Source: Eledone cirrhosa
Lineage: Eukaryota
Direction of reading: 5' to 3'
Assembly (NCBI GenBank): GCA_964016885.1
Contig: OZ024740.1
Location: forward strand, 31,620,001 to 31,684,000
Length of the DNA: 64,000 nt
Made by a program: the position numbers and the translations under genes. Positions within the stretch are counted from its first letter, which is position 1. Every line of letters begins with the position of its first letter. The notes under the pieces were generated by a model. The model saw only the letters and a program-made list of their open reading frames with translations, did no database searches and was not told the origin of the DNA. Positions 24,401-42,400 of this stretch are shown here, in pieces.

Positions 24401-27400
24401 CAATATGTAACACTAGAGTACAGACACAGTTGACTATATATGATATCACTACAATATATAACACTAGTGTACAGACACAGTTGACTATATATGATATCAG
24501 TACACTATATAACACTAGTGTACAGACACAGTTGACTATATATGATATCAGTACAATATGTAACACTAGTGTACAGACACAGTTGACTATATATGATATC
24601 AGTACAATATATAACACTAGTGTACAGACACAGTTGACTATATATGATATCAGTACAATATATAACACTAATGTACAGATACAGTTGACTATATCTGATA
24701 TCAGTACAATATATAACACTAATGTACAGACACAGTTGACTATATATGATATCAGTACAATATGTAACACTAGTGTACAGACACAGTTGACTATATATGA
24801 TATCAGTACAACATATAACACTAGTGTACAGACACAGTTGAGTATATATGATATCAGTACAATATATAACACTAGTGTACAGACACAGTTGACTATATAT
24901 GATATCAGTACAATATGTAACAATAGTGTACAGACACAGTTGACTATATATGATATCAGTACAATATATAACACTAGTGTACAGACACAGTTGACTATAT
25001 ATGATATCAGTACAATATATAACACTAGTGTACAGACACAGTTGACTATATATGATATCAGTACAATATGTAACACTAGTGTACAGACACAGTTGACCAT
25101 ATATGATATCAGTACAATATATAACACTAATGTACAGACACAGTTGACTATATATGATATCAGTACAATATATAACACTAGTGTACAGACACAGTTGACT
25201 ATATATGATATCAGTACAATATATAACACTAGTGTACAGACACAGTTGACTATATATGATATCAGTACAATATGTAACACTAGTGTACAGACACAGTTGA
25301 CTATATATGATATCAGTACAATATATAACACTAATGTACAGACACAGTTGACTATATATGATATCAGTTCAATATATAACACTAGTGAACAGACACAGTT
25401 GACTATATATGATATCAGTACAATATATAACACTAGTCTACAGACACAGTTGACTATATATGATATCAGTACAATATATATCACTAATGTACAGACACAG
25501 TTGACTATATATGATATCAGTACAATATGTAACACTAGTGTACAGACACAGTTGACTATATATGATATCAGTACAATATGTAACACTAGTGTACAAACAC
25601 AGTTGACTATATATGATATCAGTACAATATATAACACTAGTGTACAGACACAGTTGACTATATATGATATCAGTACAATATATAACACTAATGTACAGAC
25701 ACAGTTGACTATATATGATATCAGTACAACATATAACACTAATGTACAGACACAGTTGACTATATAAGATATCAGTACAATATGTAACACTAGTGTACAG
25801 AGACAGTTGAATATATATGATATCACTACAATATGTAAAACTAGTGTACAGACACAGTTGACTATATATGATATCAGTACAATATGTAACACTAGTGTAC
25901 AGACACAGTTGACTATATATGATATCAGTACAATATATAACACTAGTGTACAGACACAGTTGACTATATATGATATCAGTACAATATATAACACTAGTGT
26001 ACAGACACAGTTGACTATATATGATATCAGTACAATATATAACACTAGTGTACAGACACAGTTGACTATATATGATATCAGTACAATATATAACACTAAT
26101 GTACAGACACAGTTGACTATATATGATATCAGTACAACATATAACACTAATGTACAGACACAGTTGACTATATATGATATCAGTACAATATGTAACACTA
26201 GTGTACAGAGACAGTTGAATATATATGATATCACTACAATATGTAAAACTAGTGTACAGACACAGTTGACTATATATGATATCAGTACAATATGTAACAC
26301 TAGTGTACAGACACAGTTGACTATATATGATATCAGTACAATATATAACACTAGTGTACAGACACAGTTGACTATATATGATATCAGTACAATATATAAC
26401 ACTAGTGTACAGACACAGTTGACTATATATGATATCAGTACAATATGTAACACTAGTGTACAGACACAGTTTACTATATGTGATATCAGTACAATATATA
26501 ACACTAGTGTACAGACACAGTTGACTATATATGATATCAGTACAATATGTAACACTAGTGTACAGACACAGTTGACTATATATGATATCAGTACAATATA
26601 TAACACTAGTGTACAGACACAGTTGACTATATATGATATCAGTACAATATGTAACACTAGTGTACAGACACAGTTGACTATATATGATATCAGTACAATA
26701 TATAACACTAGTGTACAGACACAGTTTACTATATATGATATCAGTACAATATGTAACACTAGTGTACAGACACAGTTGACTATATATGATATCAGTACAA
26801 TATATAACACTAATGTACAGACACAGTTGACTATATATGATATCAGTACAATATGTAACACTAGTGTACAGACACAGTTGACTATATATGATAACAGTAC
26901 AATATATAACACTAGTGAACAGACACAGTTGATAATATATGATATCAGTACAATATATAACACTAGTGTACAGACACAGTTGACTATATATGATATCAGT
27001 ATAATATATAACACTAGTGTACAGACACAGTTGACTATATATGATATCAGTACAATATGTAACACTAGTGTACAGACACAGTTGACTATATATGATATCA
27101 GTACAATATATAACACTAGTGTACAGACACAGTTGACTATATATGATATCAGTACAACATGTAACACTAGTGTACAGACACAGTTGACTATATATGATAT
27201 CAGTACAATATATAACACTAGTGTACAGACACGGTTGACTATATATGAAATCAGTACAATATATAACACTAGTGTACAGACACAGTTGACTATATATGAT
27301 ATCAGTACAATATATAACACTAATGTACAGACACAGTTGACTATATAGGATATCAGTACAATATATAGCACTAGTGTACAGATACAGTTGACTATATATG

Positions 27401-30400
27401 ATATCAGTACAATATATAACACTAGTAAACAGACACAGTTGACAATATATGATATCAGTACAATATATAACACTAGTGAACAGACACAGTTGACTATATA
27501 TGATATCAGTACAATATGTAACACTAGTGTACAGACACAGTTGACTATCTATGATATCAGTACAATATATAACACTACTGTACAGACACAGTTGACTATA
27601 TATGATATCAGTACAATATATAACACTAGTGAACAGACACAGTTGATAATATATGATATCAGTACAATATATAACACTAGTGTACAGACACAGTTGACTA
27701 TATATGATATCAGTATAATATATAACACTAATGTACAGACACAGTTGACTATATATGATATCAGTACAATATATAACACTAGTGTACAGTCACGGTTGAC
27801 TATATATGATATCAGTACAATATATAACACTAGTGTACAGACACAGTTGACTATATATGATATCAGTACAATATATAACACTAATGTACAGACACAGTTG
27901 ACTATATATGATATCAGTACAATATATAACACTAGTGTACAGATACAGTTGACTATATATGATATCAGTACAATATATAACACTAGTGAACAGACACAGT
28001 TGACTATATATGATATCAGTACAATATATAACACTAGTGAACAGACACAGTTGACTATATATGATATCAGTACAATATATAACACTAGTGAACAGACACA
28101 GTTGACTATATATGATATCAGTACAATATATAACACTAGTGTACAGACACAGTTGACTATTTATGATATCAGTACAATATGTAACACTAATGTACAGACA
28201 CAGTTGACTGTATATGATATCAGTACAATATGTAACACTAGTGTACAGACACAGTTGACTATATATGATATCAGTACAATATATAACACTAGTGAATAAA
28301 CACAGTTGACTATATATGATATCAGTACAATATGTAACACTAGAGTACAGACACAGTTGACTATATATGATATCACTACAATATATAACACTAGTGTACA
28401 GACACAGTTGACTATATATGATATCAGTACACTATATAACACTAGTGTACAGACACAGTTGACTATATATGATATCAGTACAATATGTAACACTAGTGTA
28501 CAGACACAGTTGACTATATATGATATCAGTACAATATATAACACTAGTGTACAGACACAGTTGACTATATATGATATCAGTACAATATATAACACTAATG
28601 TACAGATACAGTTGACTATATCTGATATCAGTACAATATATAACACTAATGTACAGACACAGTTGACTATATATGATATCAGTACAATATGTAACACTAG
28701 TGTACAGACACAGTTGACTATATATGATATCAGTACAACATATAACACTAGTGTACAGACACAGTTGAGTATATATGATATCAGTACAATATATAACACT
28801 AGTGTACAGACACAGTTGACTATATATGATATCAGTACAATATGTAACAATAGTGTACAGACACAGTTGACTATATATGATATCAGTACAATATATAACA
28901 CTAGTGTACAGACACAGTTGACTATATATGATATCAGTACAATATATAACACTAGTGTACAGACACAGTTGACTATATATGATATCAGTACAATATGTAA
29001 CACTAGTGTACAGACACAGTTGACCATATATGATATCAGTACAATATATAACACTAATGTACAGACACAGTTGACTATATATGATATCAGTACAATATAT
29101 AACACTAGTGTACAGACACAGTTGACTATATATGATATCAGTACAATATATAACACTAGTGTACAGACACAGTTGACTATATATGATATCAGTACAATAT
29201 GTAACACTAGTGTACAGACACAGTTGACTATATATGATATCAGTACAATATATAACACTAATGTACAGACACAGTTGACTATATATGATATCAGTTCAAT
29301 ATATAACACTAGTGAACAGACACAGTTGACTATATATGATATCAGTACAATATATAACACTAGTCTACAGACACAGTTGACTATATATGATATCAGTACA
29401 ATATATATCACTAATGTACAGACACAGTTGACTATATATGATATCAGTACAATATGTAACACTAGTGTACAGACACAGTTGACTATATATGATATCAGTA
29501 CAATATGTAACACTAGTGTACAAACACAGTTGACTATATATGATATCAGTACAATATATAACACTAGTGTACAGACACAGTTGACTATATATGATATCAG
29601 TACAATATATAACACTAATGTACAGACACAGTTGACTATATATGATATCAGTACAACATATAACACTAATGTACAGACACAGTTGACTATATATGATATC
29701 AGTACAATATGTAACACTAGTGTACAGAGACAGTTGAATATATATGATATCACTACAATATGTAAAACTAGTGTACAGACACAGTTGACTATATATGATA
29801 TCAGTACAATATGTAACACTAGTGTACAGACACAGTTGACTATATATGATATCAGTACAATATATAACACTAGTGTACAGACACAGTTGACTATATATGA
29901 TATCAGTACAATATATAACACTAGTGTACAGACACAGTTGACTATATATGATATCAGTACAATATGTAACACTAGTGTACAGACACAGTTGACTATATGT
30001 GATATCAGTACAATATATAACACTAGTGTACAGACACAGTTGACTATATATGATATCAGTACAATATGTAACACTAGTGTACAGACACAGTTGACTATAT
30101 ATGATATCAGTACAATATATAACACTAGTGTACAGACACAGTTGACTATATATGATATCAGTACAATATGTAACACTAGTGTACAGACACAGTTGACTAT
30201 ATATGATATCAGTACAATATATAACACTAGTGTACAGACACAGTTTACTATATATGATATCAGTACAATATGTAACACTAGTGTACAGACACAGTTGACT
30301 ATATATGATATCAGTACAATATATAACACTAATGTACAGACACAGTTGACTATATATGATATCAGTACAATATGTAACACTAGTGTACAGACACAGTTGA

Positions 30401-33400
30401 CTATATATGATATCAGTACAATATATAACACTAGTGTACAGACACAGTTGACTATATATGATATCAGTACAATATATAACACTAGTGTACAGACACAGTT
30501 GACTATATATGATATCAATACAATATATAACACTAGTGTACAGACACAGTTGACTATATATGATATCAGTACAATATGTAACACTAGTGTACAGACACAG
30601 TTGACTATATATGATATCAGTACAATATGTAACACTAGTGTACAGACACAGTTGACTATATATGATATCAGTACAATATGTAACACTAATGTACAGATAC
30701 AGTTGACTATATATGATATCAGTACAATATGTAACACTAGTGTACAGACACAGTTTACTATATATGATATCAGTACAATATATAACACTAGTGTACAGAC
30801 ACAGTTGACTATATATGATATCAATACAATATATAACACTAGTGTACAGACACAGTTGACTATATATGATATCAGTACAATATGTAACACTAGTGTACAG
30901 ACACAGTTGACTATATATGATATCAGTACCATATATAACACTAGTGTACAGAGACAGTTGACTATATATGATATCAGTACAATATATAACACTAGTGTAC
31001 AGACACAGTTGACTATATATGATATCAGTACAATATGTAACACTAGTGTACAGACACAGTTGACTATATATGATATCAGTACAATATATAACACTAATGT
31101 ACAGACACAGTTGACTATATATGATATCAGTACAATATATAACACTAGTGAACAGACACAGTTGACTATATATGGTATCAGTACAATATATAACACTAGA
31201 GTACAGACACAGTTGACTATATATGATATCAGTACAATATATAACACTAGTGAACAGACACAGTTGACTATATATGATATCAGTACAATATATAACACTA
31301 ATGTACAGACACAGTTGACTATATATGATATCAGTACAACATATAACACTAATGTACAGACACAGTTGACTATATATGATATCAGTACAATATGTAACAC
31401 TAGTGTACAGAGACAGTTGAATATATATGATATCACTACATTATGTAAAACTAGTGTACAGACACAGTTGACTATATATGATATCAGTACAATATGTAAC
31501 ACTAGTGTACAGACACAGTTGACTATATATGATATCAGTACAATATATAACACTAGTGTACAGACACAGTTGACTATATATGATATCAGTACAATATGTA
31601 CCACTAGTGTACAGACACAGTTGACTATATATGATATCAGTACAATATATAACACTAGTGTACAGACACAGTTGACTATATATGATATCAGTACAATATG
31701 TAACACTAGTGTACAGACACAGTTGACTATATATGATATCAGTACAATATATAACACTAATGTACAGACACAGTTGACTATATATGATATCGGTACAATA
31801 TATAACACTAATGTACAGACACAGTTGACTATATATGATATCAGTACAACATATAACACTAGTGTACAGAAACAGTTGACTATATATGATATCAGTACAA
31901 TATATAACACTAGTGAACAGACACAGTTGACTATATATGATATCAGTACAATATATAACACTAGTGTACAGACACAGTTGACTATATATGATATCAGTAC
32001 AATATATAACACTAGTGTACAGACACACACTTGACTATATATGATATCAGTACAATATATAACACTAGTGAACAGACAGTTGACTATATATGATATCCGT
32101 ACAATATATAACACTAATGTACAGACACAGTTGACTATATATGATATCAGTACAATATATAACACTAATGTACAGATACAGTTGACTATATATGATATCA
32201 GTACAATATATAACACTAGTGTACAGACACAGTTGACTATATATGATATCAGTACAATATGTAACACAAGCGTACAGATACTGTTTACTATATATGATAT
32301 CAGTACAACATATAACACTAGAGTACAGACACAGTTGACTATATATGATATCAGTACAATATATAACACTAATGTACAGACACAGTTGACTATATATGAT
32401 ATCAGTACAATATATAACACTAGTGTACAGACACAGTTGACTATATATGATATCAGTACAATATATAACACTAGTGTACAGACACAGTTGACTATATATG
32501 ATATCAGTACAATATATAACACTAATGTACAGACACAGTTGACTATATATGATATCAGTACAATATGTAACACTAGTGTACAGACACAGTTGACTATATA
32601 TGATATCAGTACAATATGTAACACTAGTGTACAAACACAGTTGACTATATATGATATCAATACAATATATAACACTAGTGTACAGACACAGTTGACTATA
32701 TATGATATCAGTACAATATGTAACACTAGTGTACAGACACAGTTGACTATATATGATATCAGTACAATATGTAACACTAGTGTACAGACACAGTTGACCA
32801 TATATGATATCAGTACAATATATAACACTAGTGTACAGACACAGTTGACTATATATGATATCAGTACAATATGTAACACTAGTGTACAGACACAGTTGAC
32901 TATATATGATATCAATACAATATGTAACACTAGTGTACAGACACAGTTGACTATATATGATATCAGTACAATATATAACACTAGTGTACAGACACAGTTG
33001 ACTATATATGATATCAGTACAATATGTAACACTAGTGTACCGACACAGTTGACTATATATGATATCAGTACAACATATAACACTAGTGTACAGACACAGT
33101 TGACTATATATGATATCAGTACAATATATAACACTAGTGTACAGACACAGTTGACTATATATGATATCAGTACAATATATAACACTAGTGTACAGACACA
33201 GTTGACTATATATGATATCAGTACAATATGTAACACTAGTGTACAGACACAGTTGACCATATATGATATCAGTACAATATATAACACTAGTGTACAGACA
33301 CAGTTGACTATATATGATATCAGTACAATATATAACACTAGTGTACAGACACAGTTGACTATATATGATATCAGTACAATATATAACACTAGTGTACAGA

Positions 33401-36400
33401 CACAGTTGACTATATATGATATCAGTACAATATGTAACACTAGTGTACAGACACAGTTGACTATATATGATATCAGTACAATATGTAACACTAGTGTACA
33501 GACACAGTTGACTATATATGATATCAGTACAATATATAACACTAATGTACAGACACAGTTGACTATATATGATATCAGTACAATATATAACACTAGTGAA
33601 CAGACACAGTTGACTATATATGATATCAGTACAATATATAAATCTAGTGTACAGACACAGTTGACTATATATGATATCAGTACAATATATAACACTAATG
33701 TACAGACATAGTTGACTATATATGATATCAGTACAATATATAACACTAATGTACAGACACAGTTGACTATATATGATATCAGTACAATATATAACACTAA
33801 TGTACAGACACAGTTGACTATATATGATATCGGTACAATATATAACACTAATGTACAGACACAGTTGACTATATATGATATCAGTACAACATATAACACT
33901 AGTGTACAGAAACAGTTGACTATATATGATATCAGTGCAATATATAACACTAGTGAACAGACACAGTTGACTATATATGATATCAGTACAATATATAACA
34001 CTAGTGTACAGACACAGTTGACTATATATGATATCAGTACAATATATAACACTAGTGTACAGACACACACTTGACTATATATGAAATCAGTACAATATAT
34101 AACACTAGTGAACAGACAGTTGAGTATATATGATATCCGTACAATATATAACACTAATATACAGACACAGTTGACTATATATGATATCAGTACAATATAT
34201 AACACTAATGTACAGATACAGTTGACTATATATGATATCAGTACAATATATAACACTAGTGTACAGACACAGTTGACTATATATGATATCAGTACAATAT
34301 GTAACACAAGTGTACAGATACAGTTGACTATATATGATATCAGTACAATATATAACACTAATGTACAGACACAGTTGACTATATATGATATCAGTACAAC
34401 ATGTAACACTAGTGTACAGACAGAGTTGACTATATATGATATCAGTACAATATATAACACTAGTGTACAGACACAGTTGAGTATATATGATATCAGTACA
34501 ATATGTAACACTAGTGTACAGACATAGTTGACTATATATGATATCAGTACAATATGTAACACTAGTGTACAGACACAGTTGAATATATGATATCAGTACA
34601 ATATGTAACACTAGTGTACAGACACAGTTGACCATATATGATATCAGTACAATATATAACACTAGTGTACAGACACAGTTGACTATATATGATATCAGTA
34701 CAATATGTAACACTAGTGTACAGACACAGTTGACTATATATGATATCAGTACAATATGTAACACTAGTGTACAGACACAGTTGACTATATATGATATCAA
34801 TACAATATATAACACTAGTGTACAGACACAGTTGACTATATATGATATCAGTACAATATATAACACTAGTGAACAGACACAGTTGATAATATATGATATC
34901 AGTACAATATATAACACTAGTGTACAGACACAGTTGACTATATATGATATCAGTATAATATATAACACTAATGTACAGACACAGTTGACTATATATGATA
35001 TCAGTACAATATATAACACTAGTGTACAGTCACGGTTGACTATATATGATATCAGTACAATATATAACACTAGTGTACAGACACAGTTGACTATATATGA
35101 TATCAGTACAATATATAACACTAATGTACAGACACAGTTGACTATATATGATATCAGTACAATATATAACACTAGTGTACAGATACAGTTGACTATATAT
35201 GATATCAGTACAATATATAACACTAGTGAACAGACACAGTTGACTATATATGATATCAGTACAATATATAACACTAGTGAACAGACACAGTTGACTATAT
35301 ATGATATCAGTACAATATATAACACTAGTGAACAGACACAGTTGACTATATATGATATCAGTACAATATATAACACTAGTGTACAGACACAGTTGACTAT
35401 ATATGATATCAGTACAATATGTAACACTAATGTACAGACACAGTTGACTGTATATGATATCAGTACAATATGTAACACTAGTGTACAGACACAGTTGACT
35501 ATATATGATATCAGTACAATATATAACACTAGTGAATAAACACAGTTGACTATATATGATATCAGTACAATATGTAAAACTAGAGTACAGACACAGTTGA
35601 CTATATATGATATCACTACAATATATAACACTAGTGTACAGACACAGTTGACTATATATGATATCAGTACACTATATAACACTAGTGTACAGACACAGTT
35701 GACTATATATGATATCAGTACAATATGTAACACTAGTGTACAGACACAGTTGACTATATATGATATCAGTACAATATATAACACTAGTGTACAGACACAG
35801 TTGACTATATATGATATCAGTACAATATATAACACTAATGTACAGATACAGTTGACTATATCTGATATCAGTACAATATATAACACTAATGTACAGACAC
35901 AGTTGACTATATATGATATCAGTACAATATGTAACACTAGTGTACAGACACAGTTGACTATATATGATATCAGTACAACATATAACACTAGTGTACAGAC
36001 ACAGTTGAGTATATATGATATCAGTACAATATATAACACTAGTGTACAGACACAGTTGACTATATATGATATCAGTACAATATGTAACAATAGTGTACAG
36101 ACACAGTTGACTATATATGATATCAGTACAATATATAACACTAGTGTACAGACACAGTTGACTATATATGATATCAGTACAATATATAACACTAGTGTAC
36201 AGACACAGTTGACTATATATGATATCAGTACAATATGTAACACTAGTGTACAGACACAGTTGACCATATATGATATCAGTACAATATATAACACTAATGT
36301 ACAGACACAGTTGACTATATATGATATCAGTACAATATATAACACTAGTGTACAGACACAGTTGACTATATATGATATCAGTACAATATATAACACTAGT

Positions 36401-39400
36401 GTACAGACACAGTTGACTATATATGATATCAGTACAATATGTAACACTAGTGTACAGACACAGTTGACTATATATGATATCAGTACAATATATAACACTA
36501 ATGTACAGACACAGTTGACTATATATGATATCAGTTCAATATATAACACTAGTGAACAGACACAGTTGACTATATATGTTATCAGTACAATATATAACAC
36601 TAGTCTACAGACACAGTTGACTATATATGATATCAGTACAATATATATCACTAATGTACAGACACAGTTGACTATATATGATATCAGTACAATATGTAAC
36701 ACTAGTGTACAGACACAGTTGACTATATATGATATCAGTACAATATGTAACACTAGTGTACAAACACAGTTGACTATATATGATATCAGTACAATATATA
36801 ACACTAGTGTACAGACACAGTTGACTATATATGATATCAGTACAATATATAACACTAATGTACAGACACAGTTGACTATATATGATATCAGTACAACATA
36901 TAACACTAATGTACAGACACAGTTGACTATATATGATATCAGTACAATATGTAACACTAGTGTACAGAGACAGTTGAATATATATGATATCACTACAATA
37001 TGTAAAACTAGTGTACAGACACAGTTGACTATATATGATATCAGTACAATATGTAACACTAGTGTACAGACACAGTTGACTATATATGATATCAGTACAA
37101 TATATAACACTAGTGTACAGACACAGTTGACTATATATGATATCAGTACAATATATAACACTAGTGTACAGACACAGTTGACTATATATGATATCAGTAC
37201 AATATGTAAGACTAGTGTACAGACACAGTTGACTATATGTGATATCAGTACAATATATAACACTAGTGTACAGACACAGTTGACTATATATGATATCAGT
37301 ACAATATGTAACACTAGTGTACAGACACAGTTGACTATATATGATATCAGTACAATATATAACACTAGTGTACAGACACAGTTGACTATATATGATATCA
37401 GTACAAAATGTAACACTAGTGTACAGACACAGTTGACTATATATGATATCAGTACAATATATAACACTAGTGTACAGACACAGTTTACTATATATGATAT
37501 CAGTACAATATGTAACACTAGTGTACAGACACAGTTGACTATATATGATATCAGTACAATATATAACACTAATGTACAGACACAGTTGACTATATATGAT
37601 ATCAGTACAATATGTAACACTAGTGTACAGACACAGTTGACTATATATGATATCAGTACAATATATAACACTAGTGTACAGACACAGTTGACTATATATG
37701 ATATCAGTACAATATATAACACTAGTGTACAGACACAGTTGACTATATATGATATCAATACAATATATAACACTAGTGTACAGACACAGTTGACTATATA
37801 TGATATCAGTACAATATGTAACACTAGTGTACAGACACAGTTGACTATATATGATATCAGTACAATATGTAACACTAGTGTACAGACACAGTTGACTATA
37901 TATGATATCAGTACAATATGTAACACTAATGTACAGATACAGTTGACTATATATGATATCAGTACAATATGTAACACTAGTGTACAGACACAGTTTACTA
38001 TATATGATATCAGTACAATATATAACACTAGTGTACAGACACAGTTGACTATATATGATATCAATACAATATATAACACTAGTGTACAGACACAGTTGAC
38101 TATATATGATATCAGTACAATATGTAACACTAGTGTACAGACACAGTTGACTATATATGATATCAGTACCATATATAACACTAGTGTACAGAGACAGTTG
38201 ACTATATATGATATCAGTACAATATATAACACTAGTGTACAGACACAGTTGACTATATATGATATCAGTACAATATGTAACACTAGTGTACAGACACAGT
38301 TGACTATATATGATATCAGTACAATATATAACACTAATGTACAGACACAGTTGACTATATATGATATCAGTACAATATATAACACTAGTGAACAGACACA
38401 GTTGACTATATATGGTATCAGTACAATATATAACACTAGAGTACAGACACAGTTGACTATATATGATATCAGTACAATATATAACACTAGTGAACAGACA
38501 CAGTTGACTATATATGATATCAGTACAATATATAACACTAATGTACAGACACAGTTGACTATATATGATATCAGTACAACATATAACACTAATGTACAGA
38601 CACAGTTGACTATATATGATATCAGTACAATATGTAACACTAGTGTACAGAGACAGTTGAATATATATGATATCACTACATTATGTAAAACTAGTGTACA
38701 GACACAGTTGACTATATATGATATCAGTACAATATGTAACACTAGTGTACAGACACAGTTGACTATATATGATATCAGTACAATATATAACACTAGTGTA
38801 CAGACACAGTTGACTATATATGATATCAGTACAATATGTACCACTAGTGTACAGACACAGTTGACTATATATGATATCAGTACAATATATAACACTAGTG
38901 TACAGACACAGTTGACTATATATGATATCAGTACAATATGTAACACTAGTGTACAGACACAGTTGACTATATATGATATCAGTACAATATATAACACTAA
39001 TGTACAGACACAGTTGACTATATATGATATCGGTACAATATATAACACTAATGTACAGACACAGTTGACTATATATGATATCAGTACAACATATAACACT
39101 AGTGTACAGAAACAGTTGACTATATATGATATAAGTACAATATATAACACTAGTGTACAGACACAGTTGACTATATATGATATCAGTACAATATATAACA
39201 CTAGTGAACAGACAGTTGACTATATATGATATCCGTACAATATATAACACTAATGTACAGACACAGTTGACTATATATGATATCAGTACAATATATAACA
39301 CTAATGTACAGATACAGTTGACTATATATGATATCAGTACAATATATAACACTAGTGTACAGACACAGTTGACTATATATGATATCAGTACAATATGTAA

Positions 39401-42400
39401 CACAAGCGTACAGATACTGTTTACTATATATGATATCAGTACAACATATAACACTAGAGTACAGACACAGTTGACTATATATGATATCAGTACAATATAT
39501 AACACTAATGTACAGACACAGTTGACTATATATGATATCAGTACAATATATAACACTAGTGTACAGACACAGTTGACTATATATGATATCAGTACAATAT
39601 ATAACACTAGTGTACAGACACAGTTGACTATATATGATATCAGTACAATATATAACACTAATGTACAGACACAGTTGACTATATATGATATCAGTACAAT
39701 ATGTAACACTAGTGTACAGACACAGTTGACTATATATGATATCAGTACAATATGTAACACTAGTGTACAAACACAGTTGACTATATATGATATCAATACA
39801 ATATATAACACTAGTGTACAGACACAGTTGACTATATATGATATCAGTACAATATGTAACACTAGTGTACAGACACAGTTGACTATATATGATATCAGTA
39901 CAATATGTAACACTAGTGTACAGACACAGTTGACCATATATGATATCAGTACAATATATAACACTAGTGTACAGACACAGTTGACTATATATGATATCAG
40001 TACAATATGTAACACTAGTGTACAGACACAGTTGACTATATATGATATCAGTACAATATATAACACTAATGTACAGACACAGTTGACTATATATGATATC
40101 AGTACAATATATAACACTAGTGAACAGACACAGTTGACTATATATGATATCAGTACAATATATAACACTAGTGTACAGACACAGTTGACTATATATGATA
40201 TCAGTACAATATATAACACTAATGTACAGACATAGTTGACTATATATGATATCAGTACAATATATAACACTAATGTACAGACACAGTTGACTATATATGA
40301 TATCAGTACAATATATAACACTAATGTACAGACACAGTTGACTATATATGATATCGGTACAATATATAACACTAATGTACAGACACAGTTGACTATATAT
40401 GATATCAGTACAACATATAACACTAGTGTACAGAAACAGTTGACTATATATGATATCAGTACAATATATAACACTAGTGAACAGACACAGTTGACTATAT
40501 ATGATATCAGTACAATATATAACACTAGTGTACAGACACAGTTGACTATATATGATATCAGTACAATATATAACACTAGTGTACAGACACACACTTGACT
40601 ATATATGAAATCAGTACAATATATAACACTAGTGAACAGACAGTTGAGTATATATGATATCCGTACAATATATAACACTAATATACAGACACAGTTGACT
40701 ATATATGATATCAGTACAATATATAACACTAATGTACAGATACAGTTGACTATATATGATATCAGTACAATATATAACACTAGTGTACAGACACAGTTGA
40801 CTATATATGATATCAGTACAATATGTAACACAAGTGTACAGATACAGTTGACTATATATGATATCAGTACAATATATAACACTAATGTACAGACACAGTT
40901 GACTATATATGATATCAGTACAACATGTAACACTAGTGTACAGACAGAGTTGACTATATATGATATCAGTACAATATATAACACTAGTGTACAGACACAG
41001 TTGAGTATATATGATATCAGTACAATATGTAACACTAGTGTACAGACACAGTTGACTATATATGATATCAGTACAATATGTAACACTAGTGTACAGACAC
41101 AGTTGACTATATATGATATCAGTACAATATGTAACACTAGTGTACAGACACAGTTGACCATATATGATATCAGTACAATATATAACACTAGTGTACAGAC
41201 ACAGTTGACTATATATGATATCAGTACAATATGTAACACTAGTGTACAGACACAGTTGACTATATATGATATCAGTACAATATGTAACACTAGTGTACAG
41301 ACACAGTTGACTATATATGATATCAATACAATATGTAACACTAGTGTACAGACACAGTTGACTATATATGATATCAGTACAATATATAACACTAGTGTAC
41401 AGACACAGTTGACTATATATGATATCAGTACAATATGTAACACTAGTGTACCGACACAGTTGACTATATATGATATCAGTACAACATATAACACTAGTGT
41501 ACAGACACAGTTGACTATATATGATATCAGTACAATATATAACACTAGTGTACAGACACAGTTGACTATATATGATATCAGTACAATATATAACACTAGT
41601 GTACAGACACAGTTGACTATATATGATATCAGTACAATATGTAACACTAGTGTACAGACACAGTTGACCATATATGATATCAGTACAATATATAACACTA
41701 GTGTACAGACACAGTTGACTATATATGATATCAGTACAATATATAACACTAGTGTACAGACACAGTTGACTATATATGATATCAGTACAATATATAACAC
41801 TAGTGTACAGACACAGTTGACTATATATGATATCAGTACAATATGTAACACTAGTGTACAGACACAGTTGACTATATATGATATCAGTACAATATGTAAC
41901 ACTAGTGTACAGACACAGTTGACTATATATGATATCAGTACAATATATAACACTAATGTACAGACACAGTTGACTATATATGATATCAGTACAATATATA
42001 ACACTAGTGAACAGACACAGTTGACTATATATGATATCAGTACAATATATAACACTAGTGTACAGACACAGTTGACTATATATGATATCAGTACAATATA
42101 TAACACTAATGTACAGACATAGTTGACTATATATGATATCAGTACAATATGTAACACTAATGTACAGACACAGTTGACTATATATGATATCAGTACAATA
42201 TATAACACTAATGTACAGACACAGTTGACTATATATGATATCGGTACAATATATAACACTAATGTACAGACACAGTTGACTATATATGATATCAGTACAA
42301 CATATAACACTAGTGTACAGAAACAGTTGACTATATATGATATCAGTACAATATATAACACTAGTGAACAGACACAGTTGACTATATATGATATCAGTAC

